Shown here: positions 52,288 through 61,996 of the stretch, in pieces
Position numbering within the stretch: position 1 is the first letter of the stretch
Layout: every line of letters begins with the position of its first letter
Assembly: GCF_006345805.1 (NCBI RefSeq)
Contig: NC_043019.1
Span: 27,403,360-27,467,359 of the forward strand
Reading direction: 5' to 3'
DNA from: Octopus sinensis
Lineage: Eukaryota
Length of the DNA: 64,000 bases
The notes under the pieces: generated by a model
Told to the model about the DNA's origin: nothing
Database searches by the model: none
Seen by the model: the letters and a program-made list of their open reading frames with translations, nothing else
Position numbers and translations under genes: made by a program

Positions 52288-54734
52288 AAATCCAGGTTTA
52301 GTCACAGATCAATCAAGATAGTAATGTTTTAACAATGTGAGGTATACTTGCCATCTCAATATGGCTAACCACTAAGGGTGGGTGTTACTGTAGCTTGTAG
52401 CCCAGGAGAACATCGTCTCCAGCTGGCTTTAGACACACTTACTGTGCCCTTAAGGTATTTGCAAAGTGAGGTCATCCTTCCCTCGTCAACCTAAGTGATA
52501 CACACGGAACAGTTTTGTGACAACATAGTGTCTCGATACATTCTAATGAAAATGTGATAGAAAGAGATAATGCCACTCTCTCTCTTTGGAAGAGAAATTA
52601 ATTTTGGTGTTGATAGAAAGGCAGAAAACACTGGAAGCAGTCAAGTGGAGCAGGAGACATAGCCTGCAAAATTAAGGAAAAACGTATTTAGACTTATTTA
52701 TCATGAAAAAATGGCATGCCTTCACAAGTAGCCCCTACCTGACTTTATTTTCATCCCCACCTCAATCAAGAGAAGCTGTGTGTGAGTAAGAAAAAATATT
52801 TCTAATAGAAAAGTATGCTATTAAAATGTATTCTCATTTACATTCATCTTTTCTGCCAGCAATGACCTTCTCAGGCTCTCCAATATTAACAATTTTAAAA
52901 ATATTTTTTACCAAAAAGCTTCTTCTATGGTTTTGAAGTGCAAAAAAAAAAAGAAAAAGGCCAAAACCGGTCTGGGGGAGAATGGTGATGAAGGGGTGGA
53001 AAAAAAAAAGAAGAAAATTTCGTTAAAAAGTATCCATTTTTCTGGAAGTTATGAGGCAACAAAGTTGACGCTGAAAGATGGATGTCTTTTAATGAAATTT
53101 CTGTGGTTGGGATGTACAATGCATATTCCATCATTTTCCATTTTTCAGACAGTTGTGAGGAAAGAAAAATTGAAGGAGTCACATTGTGTAGGTATGCCTG
53201 AAAAAGTACACAGAAATATGTTATAAGAATTATCATTTACATACCGTTCAAAAATCATTGTGGATAAATTTCTGCTATGTGTTTTAGGAAGGTCTTGTAA
53301 TTCTCCCATGCTCGGTCATACGTCATATTATAAAGGTCTCTGTACATGGCCTCGTTGACGTGTAACCATCGCATATCTCCACTCGACGTGAATTTGTATT
53401 TCAGTCTACTCTTAATTCGGTTCCAGTAGCCCTCCACTTGATTTCCACATACACCACTCTCTGGGTCCACAGTTCCATGTATGTATCCAAGGCTTTCTAG
53501 ATTCCGGTAACTAGCCCACTGGTCTGTAAACACTATAGACCCTGGTTCTACGTTGTTGATAATGAGTGACTCCAGTGTCTCTGTCTTTCTATCTTCAACA
53601 TGTTGCAGATGTCCTTTTTTCTGGGTGTTGTCGTAGAAACCAACAACCCAGTATGAATGCACCACACGCCCGGCTTCATTTTTTCTCTGAAACATTAAAC
53701 TTTCATCTATTTCTACAACATGATTTGAGCCACCTAATTTTTTTTTATCTCTTAATAATTTCTGCAAACAGATTTCACGGCAATATTCATACCACTGTAT
53801 TGCAGTGACTTTACTGACATTGTTTGCTGACATGGAACTGGTTACCGGCATTTCAAAAATAAAATCGAAAATTAGATTGAAAATTTTGTACACAGAAAGC
53901 TTACTCTTCTCCAAGAAAGTCTTGGTACGGATTGACACTGCATTCTTGCACTTGTGGCATCTCCATACCACCCCATCTATGGCACGCTGAGAAGGCCTTA
54001 TGCTCATTTCCTTTCCACAACTACATGTCTTCTGATTCGAAATGATTCCATTGTCTTTCAGATATTGTATGAAATTCTCTTCCGATAAATTTTGGGCCAT
54101 TTCATATCTTGGACAATCCATCTTGAAAATCAAATTCTAAAAAAATTAGGAAAGAAAGTTCAAATAGTCAAAGAAACAAAATCAAAGTTAAAAAATTAAG
54201 AAAAAAGTCCAAACAGTCAAAAAATTATCAAAAAACAGTCAGAATTCATCATCATCATCATCATTTAGCGTCCGTTTTCCATGCTAGCATGGGTTGGACG
54301 GTTTAACTGAGGTCTGTGAAGCTGGGAGGCTTCATCAGGCCAGCCAGATTTGGCAGTGTTTCTACAGCTGGATGCCCTTCCTAACGCCAACCACTCCGTG
54401 AGTGTAGTGGGTGCTTTTTACGTGCCACCTGCACAGGTGCCAGACAAAGCTGGCAAACGGCCACGAACGGATGGTGCTTTTACGTGCTACCGGCACGGGG
54501 GCCAGGCGAGGCTGGCAACTAGCAAAACAATTAATTACAGGCGGAAGCTGTGGAGATTGTGATAATAAAACAAATGTTTCCCTCACCACCACCAAAAATT
54601 AATTTCTCTTCCAAAGAGAGAGTGGTAATTATTTCTTTCTCTCACATTTTCATTAGAATGTATTGAGACACTATGTTGTTACAAAGCTGTTAAAACTTTA
54701 CAAACCTGATCAACCTGTGACTAAACCTGGATCC
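52288..54734 (-). mobile_element. Merlin (IS1016/ISXO2-like) element with ~145-bp imperfect TIRs
   Basis: 54591-54734 (ending GGATCC) is the reverse complement of 52288-52334 plus 52512-52608; the left TIR is split by a 177-bp insertion; no matching TSD. Confidence 0.85.
53255..54121 (-). CDS. Merlin/ISXO2-like DDE transposase, uninterrupted 288-aa ORF (possibly domesticated)
   Basis: Zn ribbon CSCG...WRCHKC; SIRTKTFLEKSKL; LGG..HVVEIDES; PGSIVFTDQWASY; NQVEGYW; C-terminal HIAEIYP. First ATG at 54121 (the ORF track starts at an upstream TTG). Confidence 0.92.
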   Translation of the reverse strand: MDCPRYEMAQNLSEENFIQYLKDNGIISNQKTCSCGKEMSIRPSQRAIDGVVWRCHKCKNAVSIRTKTFLEKSKLSVYKIFNLIFDFIFEMPVTSSMSANNVSKVTAIQWYEYCREICLQKLLRDKKKLGGSNHVVEIDESLMFQRKNEAGRVVHSYWVVGFYDNTQKKGHLQHVEDRKTETLESLIINNVEPGSIVFTDQWASYRNLESLGYIHGTVDPESGVCGNQVEGYWNRIKSRLKYKFTSSGDMRWLHVNEAMYRDLYNMTYDRAWENYKTFLKHIAEIYPQ

Positions 54735-54796
54735 ACTTAACCCATCTACTTACACATAAAATATTGAGTATTTATGGGGAAGCCTCAAGAAGTGCA

Positions 54797-55000
54797 TTAT
54801 TCAACCCGCAACGAGGCCTGACTATCTGAAGTACTTCGTTTAGTTACTTTTCTCACCATCAACCCAGCAACTTCATAAGTTTCTTTTGGAGGCTGCAAGA
54901 CTATACCCAGGTTCCTGAGGACACCGAAAACTGTATACCGGTTCTTGATGTCGTTCTCCGATAACTCCTTAACGGTGCATTTTTTAATACTGTAAAACAT
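54797..55000 (-). pseudogene. Possible degraded Merlin N-terminal fragment
   Basis: FGVLRNLGIVLQPP...KRSTSDSQA resembles the Merlin N-terminal region, but the cysteines are lost. Confidence 0.35.
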
Positions 55001-55488
55001 TCAATACAGCTCTTCCTACCCCCATTAGGTTTGTTAACTTGCTTATTGGTGACCAAGAGAACTTGTAGTAATTAACTGAAAATATTAAACAAACAAGGTC
55101 GTGAAATGTGCTAAAAACAAAAGCTAAATTACCCTTAAATTTTTTCTATAGTGAAATCATATTCAACACTGCATTTATGAATTTTTCATCTCACCATGAT
55201 AGGATCTTTTTTTTAAAACCTTTTTCTATTACTCAAATGAAAAATAAATGAATTAAAAAATTTTATTTCAATCTTTTTTTCGATTACACTAAAACAAAAA
55301 AATAATTTATGAATTTCTTTCCCTTGAAAAGTTCTCTTCCCACTCCCTCTGAAAAATTTTTTCCCCACAAATTTCTTTATAATCGGTCTGTTAGTGCAAA
55401 TTTTTGTTCTCATATTTGTTTAATACACATTTTTTACACCTATTTCACTTTTTGTTTTGGTGGCTGGTTGTTAAAGTAAATATTAACC

Positions 55489-55790
55489 CATGAATCACTA
55501 TAAATAACTGAGCCAGGTATGATATATACCTGGATGAGAGGAACCAGTGTTGCTTTGTCAGGCTTCTTATTTATTAGCGGCACAACAAAAAGATGCTTAC
55601 TGGTTCACTCTATTCCACTAAACAACCAAACTTGGCTCAGAATTCAACTCCTTCTTTATTTCTGGCGGACAATCAAGGTCTCATCAATTTCGACCTCAAT
55701 TGATTTTCTGATAATTCATTCCACTTTTCTGTTACTTCACAACAGAACCTCCAATCTACAGAAGATCTTGGACACAATTCCATCACTGTG
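55489..55790 (-). pseudogene. Merlin transposase catalytic-core fragment
   Basis: SVDWRFC...EVEIDETLIVRQK*...QVWLFSGIE*TSK...KATLVPLIQVYIIPGSVIYSDSW, with stops. Confidence 0.85.
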
Positions 55791-55839
55791 ATATGACTCC
55801 AAGAACAATGTAGAAATTTGTCTATAAAAAAAAAAACGA

Positions 55840-57015
55840 TTTTCTACAGAGGATTCAGGGTGTGGAAGCAAGGTCTAGAATTAAAGGGCCTTAGGTTTAA
55901 CCTAGCAAAAACCAAAGTCTTAGTAAGTAAGGTTCACAAATCACAAACACTTTCAGGTAGATGGCTCTACTCAATCTGTAGAAAAGGCGGGTAGAAACTC
56001 CATATGATGTACCCGGTGTAGGCTATGGACACATAAAAGGTGCAGCAATATCAAAGGAAGGTTAATCAAGAAGGTAGTTTTTGTGTGTGGCAGATGCACT
56101 GGGGCAATAAACACTGAAGATGTACAGAAATCAGATTCCATCATATGCCAGGGGGAAAACCTTGAAGTAGTTGATAGCTTCTGCTACCTAGGCGACCAAG
56201 TCTGTGTGGGGGTGGATGCTCTGAGAGTGTAGCGGCTAGAGTAAGAATAATCTGGGCAAAGTTCAGAGAGTTCCTACATCTGCTGGATGTGTAATGTTAG
56301 TGTGGATACATGACAGAGTGTGAGTGCCCCGAGAGAAAAGTTGGACATAAGAAGCATCAAATGCAGAGTGCAAGAGAGACAACTGCGCTGGTATGGTCAT
56401 GAGCTCTGTATGGATGAGGAGAGCTGTGTGAGGAAGTGCCACACCCTAACTGTGGAAGGAACCTGTGGAAGAGGTAGACCCAGGAAGGCATGGGATGAGG
56501 TGGTGAAACACGACCTTCGAACGTTGGGCTTCACTGAGGCAACAGCAGGAGACCGAGACCTTTGGAGATATGTTGTGATTGAGAAGACCTAGCAACTAAA
56601 GTGAGATCGCAGACATGGCCGATGCTAGTGTTGCATGTCCGGCCCTTGATGCGTCGGGCGATATGATATGCTTGAGAAGACCTGTTAAGTCAAGTAAAAC
56701 CAAGATCGTAGCTGTGGCCAGTGTTCCCTGACTGGCTCCCGTGGAAAATGCACCATCTGAATGTGGTCGATGCCAGTGCCTCTTGACTGGCTCCTGTGCC
56801 GGTGGCACGTAAAAAGCACGTGATCGATGCCAGAACTACCTGATTGGCTTCTGTGCTGGTGGCACGTAAAAAGTACCCACTACACTCTCGGAGTGGTTGG
56901 CGTTAGAAAGGGCATCCAGCTGTAGAAACATTGCCAGATCAGATTGGAGCCTGGTGCAGCCTTCTGACTTGTTAGTCCTCAGTCAAACTGTCCAACCCAT
57001 GCCAGCGTGGAAAAC
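55840..57015 (+). mobile_element. RTE-clade LINE 3' portion with UTR
   Basis: LEVVDSFCYLGD, QERQLRWYGH...GTCGRGRPRKAWDEVV, and the standard tail. Confidence 0.85.
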
Positions 57016-57223
57016 AAGGCCCTTGAAACTCCGATGCAGAAAAACGACACTGCTGCAGTTTTTTTTTAGATTTAGCGACAGTATAACTCCTTCTGGATCG
57101 CCAGAAATGTTGGTCCTTTCTTTACACGCATTCACCCCGAAATTGTGGAAATATCACAATAGTTGGCAGAACACCACGATTCCGGAAGAATCCAATAGAT
57201 TTTTGGTCGTCCTCATGGATAAG

Positions 57224-57733
57224 AAAAGTAAATAAACATTAAGAGGGAGACAACTAGATTCTCGTCCTTTACTTACACGGAAATATGTCCTCAAACGTGA
57301 ATCAATCTTGGAAGAATCTTGGAATATCACTCAGTTAATCGAATCAGGAGCCAATATTCTTCAGTGGTTGGCACGGCGTCGACGAATATGTACACTTGTG
57401 AAAATTGTAATTCACCATGTGGCCTCACTACACGTGGTGACGCTACAGATGGGAAAATGTGAGTCTGTAAAAGGAGTAAGTTAGTTCGTTCTTCGAAAGA
57501 AACCATATTTTATTGTACAATATCGTTTTGATCATTTATGATCACGCGATATGTTCCATATGTGCATGAGTGTTTCATAAACAGTCGGACTACAGTCGTA
57601 GATTGGTGTAATTTCTGCCGCGAAGTACGCGACGTTTGACAACAAAACCCAATGGAAATCGGCGGTGTTGATGGTAACGGGTGACCACAAGTTGTGGACT
57701 AGTTATCTCCCTCTTAATTTTTATCTACTTTTT
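57224..57733 (+). pseudogene. Internally deleted Merlin transposase bracketed by 34-bp inverted repeats
   Basis: ILQWLARRR...CENCNSPC...DGKM*VC...TVVDWCNFCREV...EIGG; IR AAAAGTAAATAAACATTAAGAGGGAGACAACTAG / CTAGTTATCTCCCTCTTAATTTTTATCTACTTTT. Confidence 0.75.
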
Positions 57734-58329
57734 AAAAATCCCTATACTGAACAATTGCCGAATATATTTCTTTTCTCACACAACATTTAAGATATATTTA
57801 TTCTAAATCACTTTTTTGTAGACAGAAAACGGTATTTATTCGCGAGCCCCACACACCTCACCCTATAACTTTTGAACCAGTAATTTTAATTTTTTTTTTT
57901 CAGAAACCTGTTTTCGATATCGGAGATTAAGATTTAGGAAAACATTTTTTTTTAATTTCAGTACCCCAACCCCAATTTATTTGCTTCGTTTACTGTTGAC
58001 AAGACGTGCTGTCACACGCAAAAGGACAATTTCCAAATCCTGTTTCCTGATTGGGTGAAAATTATCAAACTTTAAACCTCTATAACTTTTTTAAAACATT
58101 TTTCTGGGAAAAAGTGAAACAAGCAATTTAGATTGGAAAAGTACATTATTGTGCCAAATTAAACAATTTTCGATAAACTTCAGTTTTTGAAATGCTGGTA
58201 GCCAAACCAACTTGATCCATTATAGAACCATTGGAACCTGGTGTCGATCATACAGCAAAGTTGGTTTAAAAGGTACATAAGCACAATTTAACTTCATTAT
58301 TTAATTATGAACTTTATTGATATCGGCAC

Positions 58330-58980
58330 CTGTAATATCCGTCAATTGTTTGACTCCGCAGCAACAGTTAAATTGACAATATTGGACTGTTACATCATGC
58401 GAGAATTTGTTACACGTGTAACCGAAAAGGAAATTGACGAAAGAAAGGAAAGTTCTGAGATGGACGTGTAGAAAGGAGAAAGGTTTGAGAGTCGGTCCCT
58501 TCTTTGCCAATAGTAATTTGGACTTGAGAGAAATTTTAATGTTCATTTACTGCTGGGCATGTGAAGAAGCATCTCAAAGAAAATGTCAACGGGAGCTGGA
58601 ATGGAATAGTGAGGCTATTTGTAATTGGAAGAATTTCCTCCGTGACATATGCGCAGAGAAATTATCAATGAATCCAATATTACTTGGTGACCTTGGACGA
58701 AAGGTTCAGATTGACGAGTCTGTACTTAAATGGAGAAAGGGGTATGTTGGCAGATTGACACGACAACTGGGCTTTTGGTGGCATTGATACAACAAGTAAG
58801 GAGTGTTTCCTTGGGACAGTGGCAAAAAGGGATGCCAACACTCTTTTACCTGTGTTGGGCAAATACGTGAGACCAGGAACCACTGTGGTGTCAGATCTGA
58901 GGCGATAGTGAATCATCAAATTTCGTTGATCCTATGACAGGAAACCACAGTAATACAACCGAAAATCTGTGGACGAGGGC
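58330..58980 (+). pseudogene. Merlin transposase pseudogene
   Basis: GLRVGPFFANSNL...NWKNFLRDIC...KVQIDES; after a frameshift RDANTLLP...VRPGTTVVSD; then FVDPMTGNHSNTTENLW. Confidence 0.88.
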
Positions 58981-59297
58981 AGTTACCCAATTTGAGTTTC
59001 GACGGGAAAACTTGCAAAGGGAAAGGGATTTCTTTTTAAACACTCTATATTATTTCAATCTATTCTGCAGTCTGGGATTAATATATCCAATGATTTTAAG
59101 AGGTATGAGAAAGGTATTGTGGTTGGTATTGGCGCAGTTTGTCTCCTGCTGTATTACGCGCCAATATGCAACCCAACCAATCGCAACCTTCATTTAGTCT
59201 TCTAAATGTTCCGTTTGAGCCTATAATTTGCTATAAAAGTTTCACTGATTCTCCGTAATGTGTCTTTGGTTCTCACCACTGACCACAGAGCCCTCCA

Positions 59298-59773
59298 GTC
59301 GGGGTCACCTCTTGTAGGGCGACCAGAAGGCTGCGTGTTCGAATCACGTCAGGGTCAACACTTGTTGAACGACCGTGCGAAAGAAGAGGTGATGAATGAA
59401 TGACTCCTTCAAACACCACACGGTCGCCTTACAATAAAAGCCAAAGTATGGATAAATGAATTCAAATGCCAGAAGTGAAAAGAGAAGATGACACAACCGT
59501 AATATTTTAAGAGAAAGGTTTATTTAGATATTAGCAGAGTGTGTCCGTATGTGCGACATAATTACATATATAATAAAAACAATAATAGACAGGCCGTCAT
59601 GCATACAATATGTGAATGTGTGTTAGCTGAGTGTATCTGTGTGTGTGCCATAGGTACATATATAATAAGAACAATAATAGACAGGCCGTCAAGCATACAT
59701 AATGTGTATGTGTGTACAAACAAGGGTGTATGCGTGTCAGATAAAATACAGAGCATAGAAAGATGTCTATAAC
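59298..59773 (-). mobile_element. LTR retrotransposon 5' LTR with tRNA-Trp primer-binding site(s)
   Basis: Minus strand TGTTATAGAC start (59773), internal tandem repeat, AATAAA near 59520, ...CA ends at 59363 and 59313, each followed by AG and a TGGTGACCCCGAC-like PBS. Confidence 0.6.
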
Positions 59774-59859
59774 AGGACGCTAGATGAATGTTCAGACACA
59801 AGATGAAGATAAATATCAGTTCGTAGTAAAGTACACAATAGATTTTGGTAATTTTAGGC

Positions 59860-60527
59860 AATCGTAAACCACAGACAAATTCATGCCTGTTTTGATAGTA
59901 AGAAGCTGAACATGAGAACTTTTTTGTCTGCGAGAAAGTACGTGCCTGTTGCCTTAGTTACAAGCGAAACCGTGCAGTCTTTGAAGTCTTTTATCTGTGA
60001 GGAAGCACGTGTTCTGTGTGATTATGGGAGCAAGCTCCAGTGACTTCGCTTCTATTATGGGAACATTGAAAACAGAGGGTGGTCCTGGGAAGATTTTTAA
60101 AATCGATGAAACAGTCTTCTGAAGACGTAAATACAAATGAGGAAGACTCGTACTTGAGCAGTAAGTTTACGGAGGAATGTGTCGCGAGACCAGACAGGTT
60201 ATTCTATATGCAGTGCCATGTCGGAATCGTGACACACTGGAAGAATGCATACGTTTTCAGCGATTTGTGAGGGACGAACTCTCACATTCCTGAAATTGAT
60301 GGTTATAATTTTGAGAATAGAACAGTGAATGACAGCGTTGGGTTTGTTAACTCGAAAGATGGTACACACACTCACCAAGTGGGCCTCTGTGAACTAAGGT
60401 AATAAACGACGCCGTGGCACTCACCGTTCTATGGTAGGTTCATATCTCTGTGAATTTATGTGGAGGATATGAAAATTGTAATTTGTTTGAAAAATTGATT
60501 GAATGTATTTCTAACTTCCAGTTTTAA
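59860..60527 (+). pseudogene. Merlin transposase pseudogene
   Basis: KIDETVF*RRKYK*GR...YGGMCRET...TVNDSVGFVNSKDGTHTHQV...GSYLCEFMWR..NLFEKLIECIS. Confidence 0.85.
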
Positions 60528-61223
60528 CTTTGAAAATATTTCGTATTGTGTTGCTTATTGCATGCTTAAATGTTTGGCTTTTAAGCATATTTTGTTCACT
60601 CTTAATTTCATATATAACATATAAACATGTACTTGGAACATTGTCCTTTTATAAGATTTTGCCGGCAAATTTTAAAATTAACATAAACAGTTATTTATAT
60701 GAAAGAAAATTGCCGGAGAACTTCCATTTAATTCTTCCAAATCTTTCTGTAAAAAATTGTAATGTGTTTATCGCATGTAACGTGTTGTTTATCGCATTTG
60801 CATTAAATGCATATTGAATGCGTAAATGTTTGCTCGTTTCTTTTTGTCATTGGGCATTGAGGCGGTTGTATTGTGTGCTAAAAATAACAGCTAAATAAGA
60901 TTTGTTGGATAAATCTTTTAAATTAATCGGTGGATTTATTTCACTAGAATTCTTATATGTTTACAAGAGCTAGATAGGCATCTCCAACTAGCAGGCCATA
61001 CTACTCCAGACTTATGACGAGCAAAAACTCAGAAACTAGACTTTGGATGCAGGCTTAGCCTGGTGGTGATGCTTATCTCCCCCTTGTAAACATAAGGACA
61101 CAGGAAAAGTGTCAAGGCCGACAGGAAGCGTTGCTGCTTCCTAGGGCTAAGTAGCAGTAGTGTGAGTCCCTTCATTGGACTGTCACATTAAGTTGACAGT
61201 ATACAACTATTCTATCGTCCCAC

Positions 61224-61637
61224 GGATCTTTTCGGTTTGAACGGCAGATTTTTAAAATAATTCCCACGTAACTAAACACTTTTAAACTTCGTATACTGGT
61301 AGAATGTGTTTATATAACATCTTTTTCTCTTGACTTTATTGAGAAAATTCTATAGTTTGTAAGATATTTGTTGTTTTTCTTCAATTTCTGCAATTTCAAC
61401 CAATCAATGACGTCTATTGAGATGAAAACATTCTGTGTCGTATGAAATTGTCCCTCGTTTAAGAAACAGATTGGGTTTATTTACATTTCTGAAGAAAAAA
61501 AGATATTCTTCCCCTACCCCTAATCCTAACCCTAAAATAGATTGAAATGCAATAGATCGATACTAGGGTCATAATTATGGGTGACAATTTCATAAGACAC
61601 CGCTATAAAAAAACTGCTGTTCAAACCGAAAAGATCC
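61224..61637 (+). mobile_element. Merlin-type MITE, full length
   Basis: Same family as 33546-33959; 8-bp TSD CGTCCCAC / CGTACCAC. Confidence 0.88.
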
Positions 61638-61996
61638 CGTACCACTACTGCATATATCTCTCTGAGATATTTAGAAATTTAATATTTCTATTAACATAGA
61701 CATTTATTTACATAAAAGAAAATTACCGGATTGTTATGCCAAATTAAAAATTTTCGGTAAACTTTAATTTTTGAAATGCTGGCAGCCAAACCGACTAGAT
61801 CCCTTGGCGTAATTAAAACTCAGAACATAAAGCCGGAAGACATGCTGCTAAGCATTTTGTTCGACACACTAACGGTTCTGTAAGCTCACCGTCCAATTTC
61901 GCTAAACAACCCTGCAGCTTATTCACCAGAGAAAAAATAATAAAAAATATAGTTATAGTTATCTCCCCTGTAGTTGCTTAGGAATTTATTTTCTCG

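Noticed and set aside
53198-53244. GT...AG pair just after the Merlin stop codon
   Set aside because: The implied 47-nt intron is probably too short; no support without RNA data.
59321-59360. tRNA-Trp gene
   Set aside because: Only the 3' half with a CCA-like end is present; interpreted as a copied primer.
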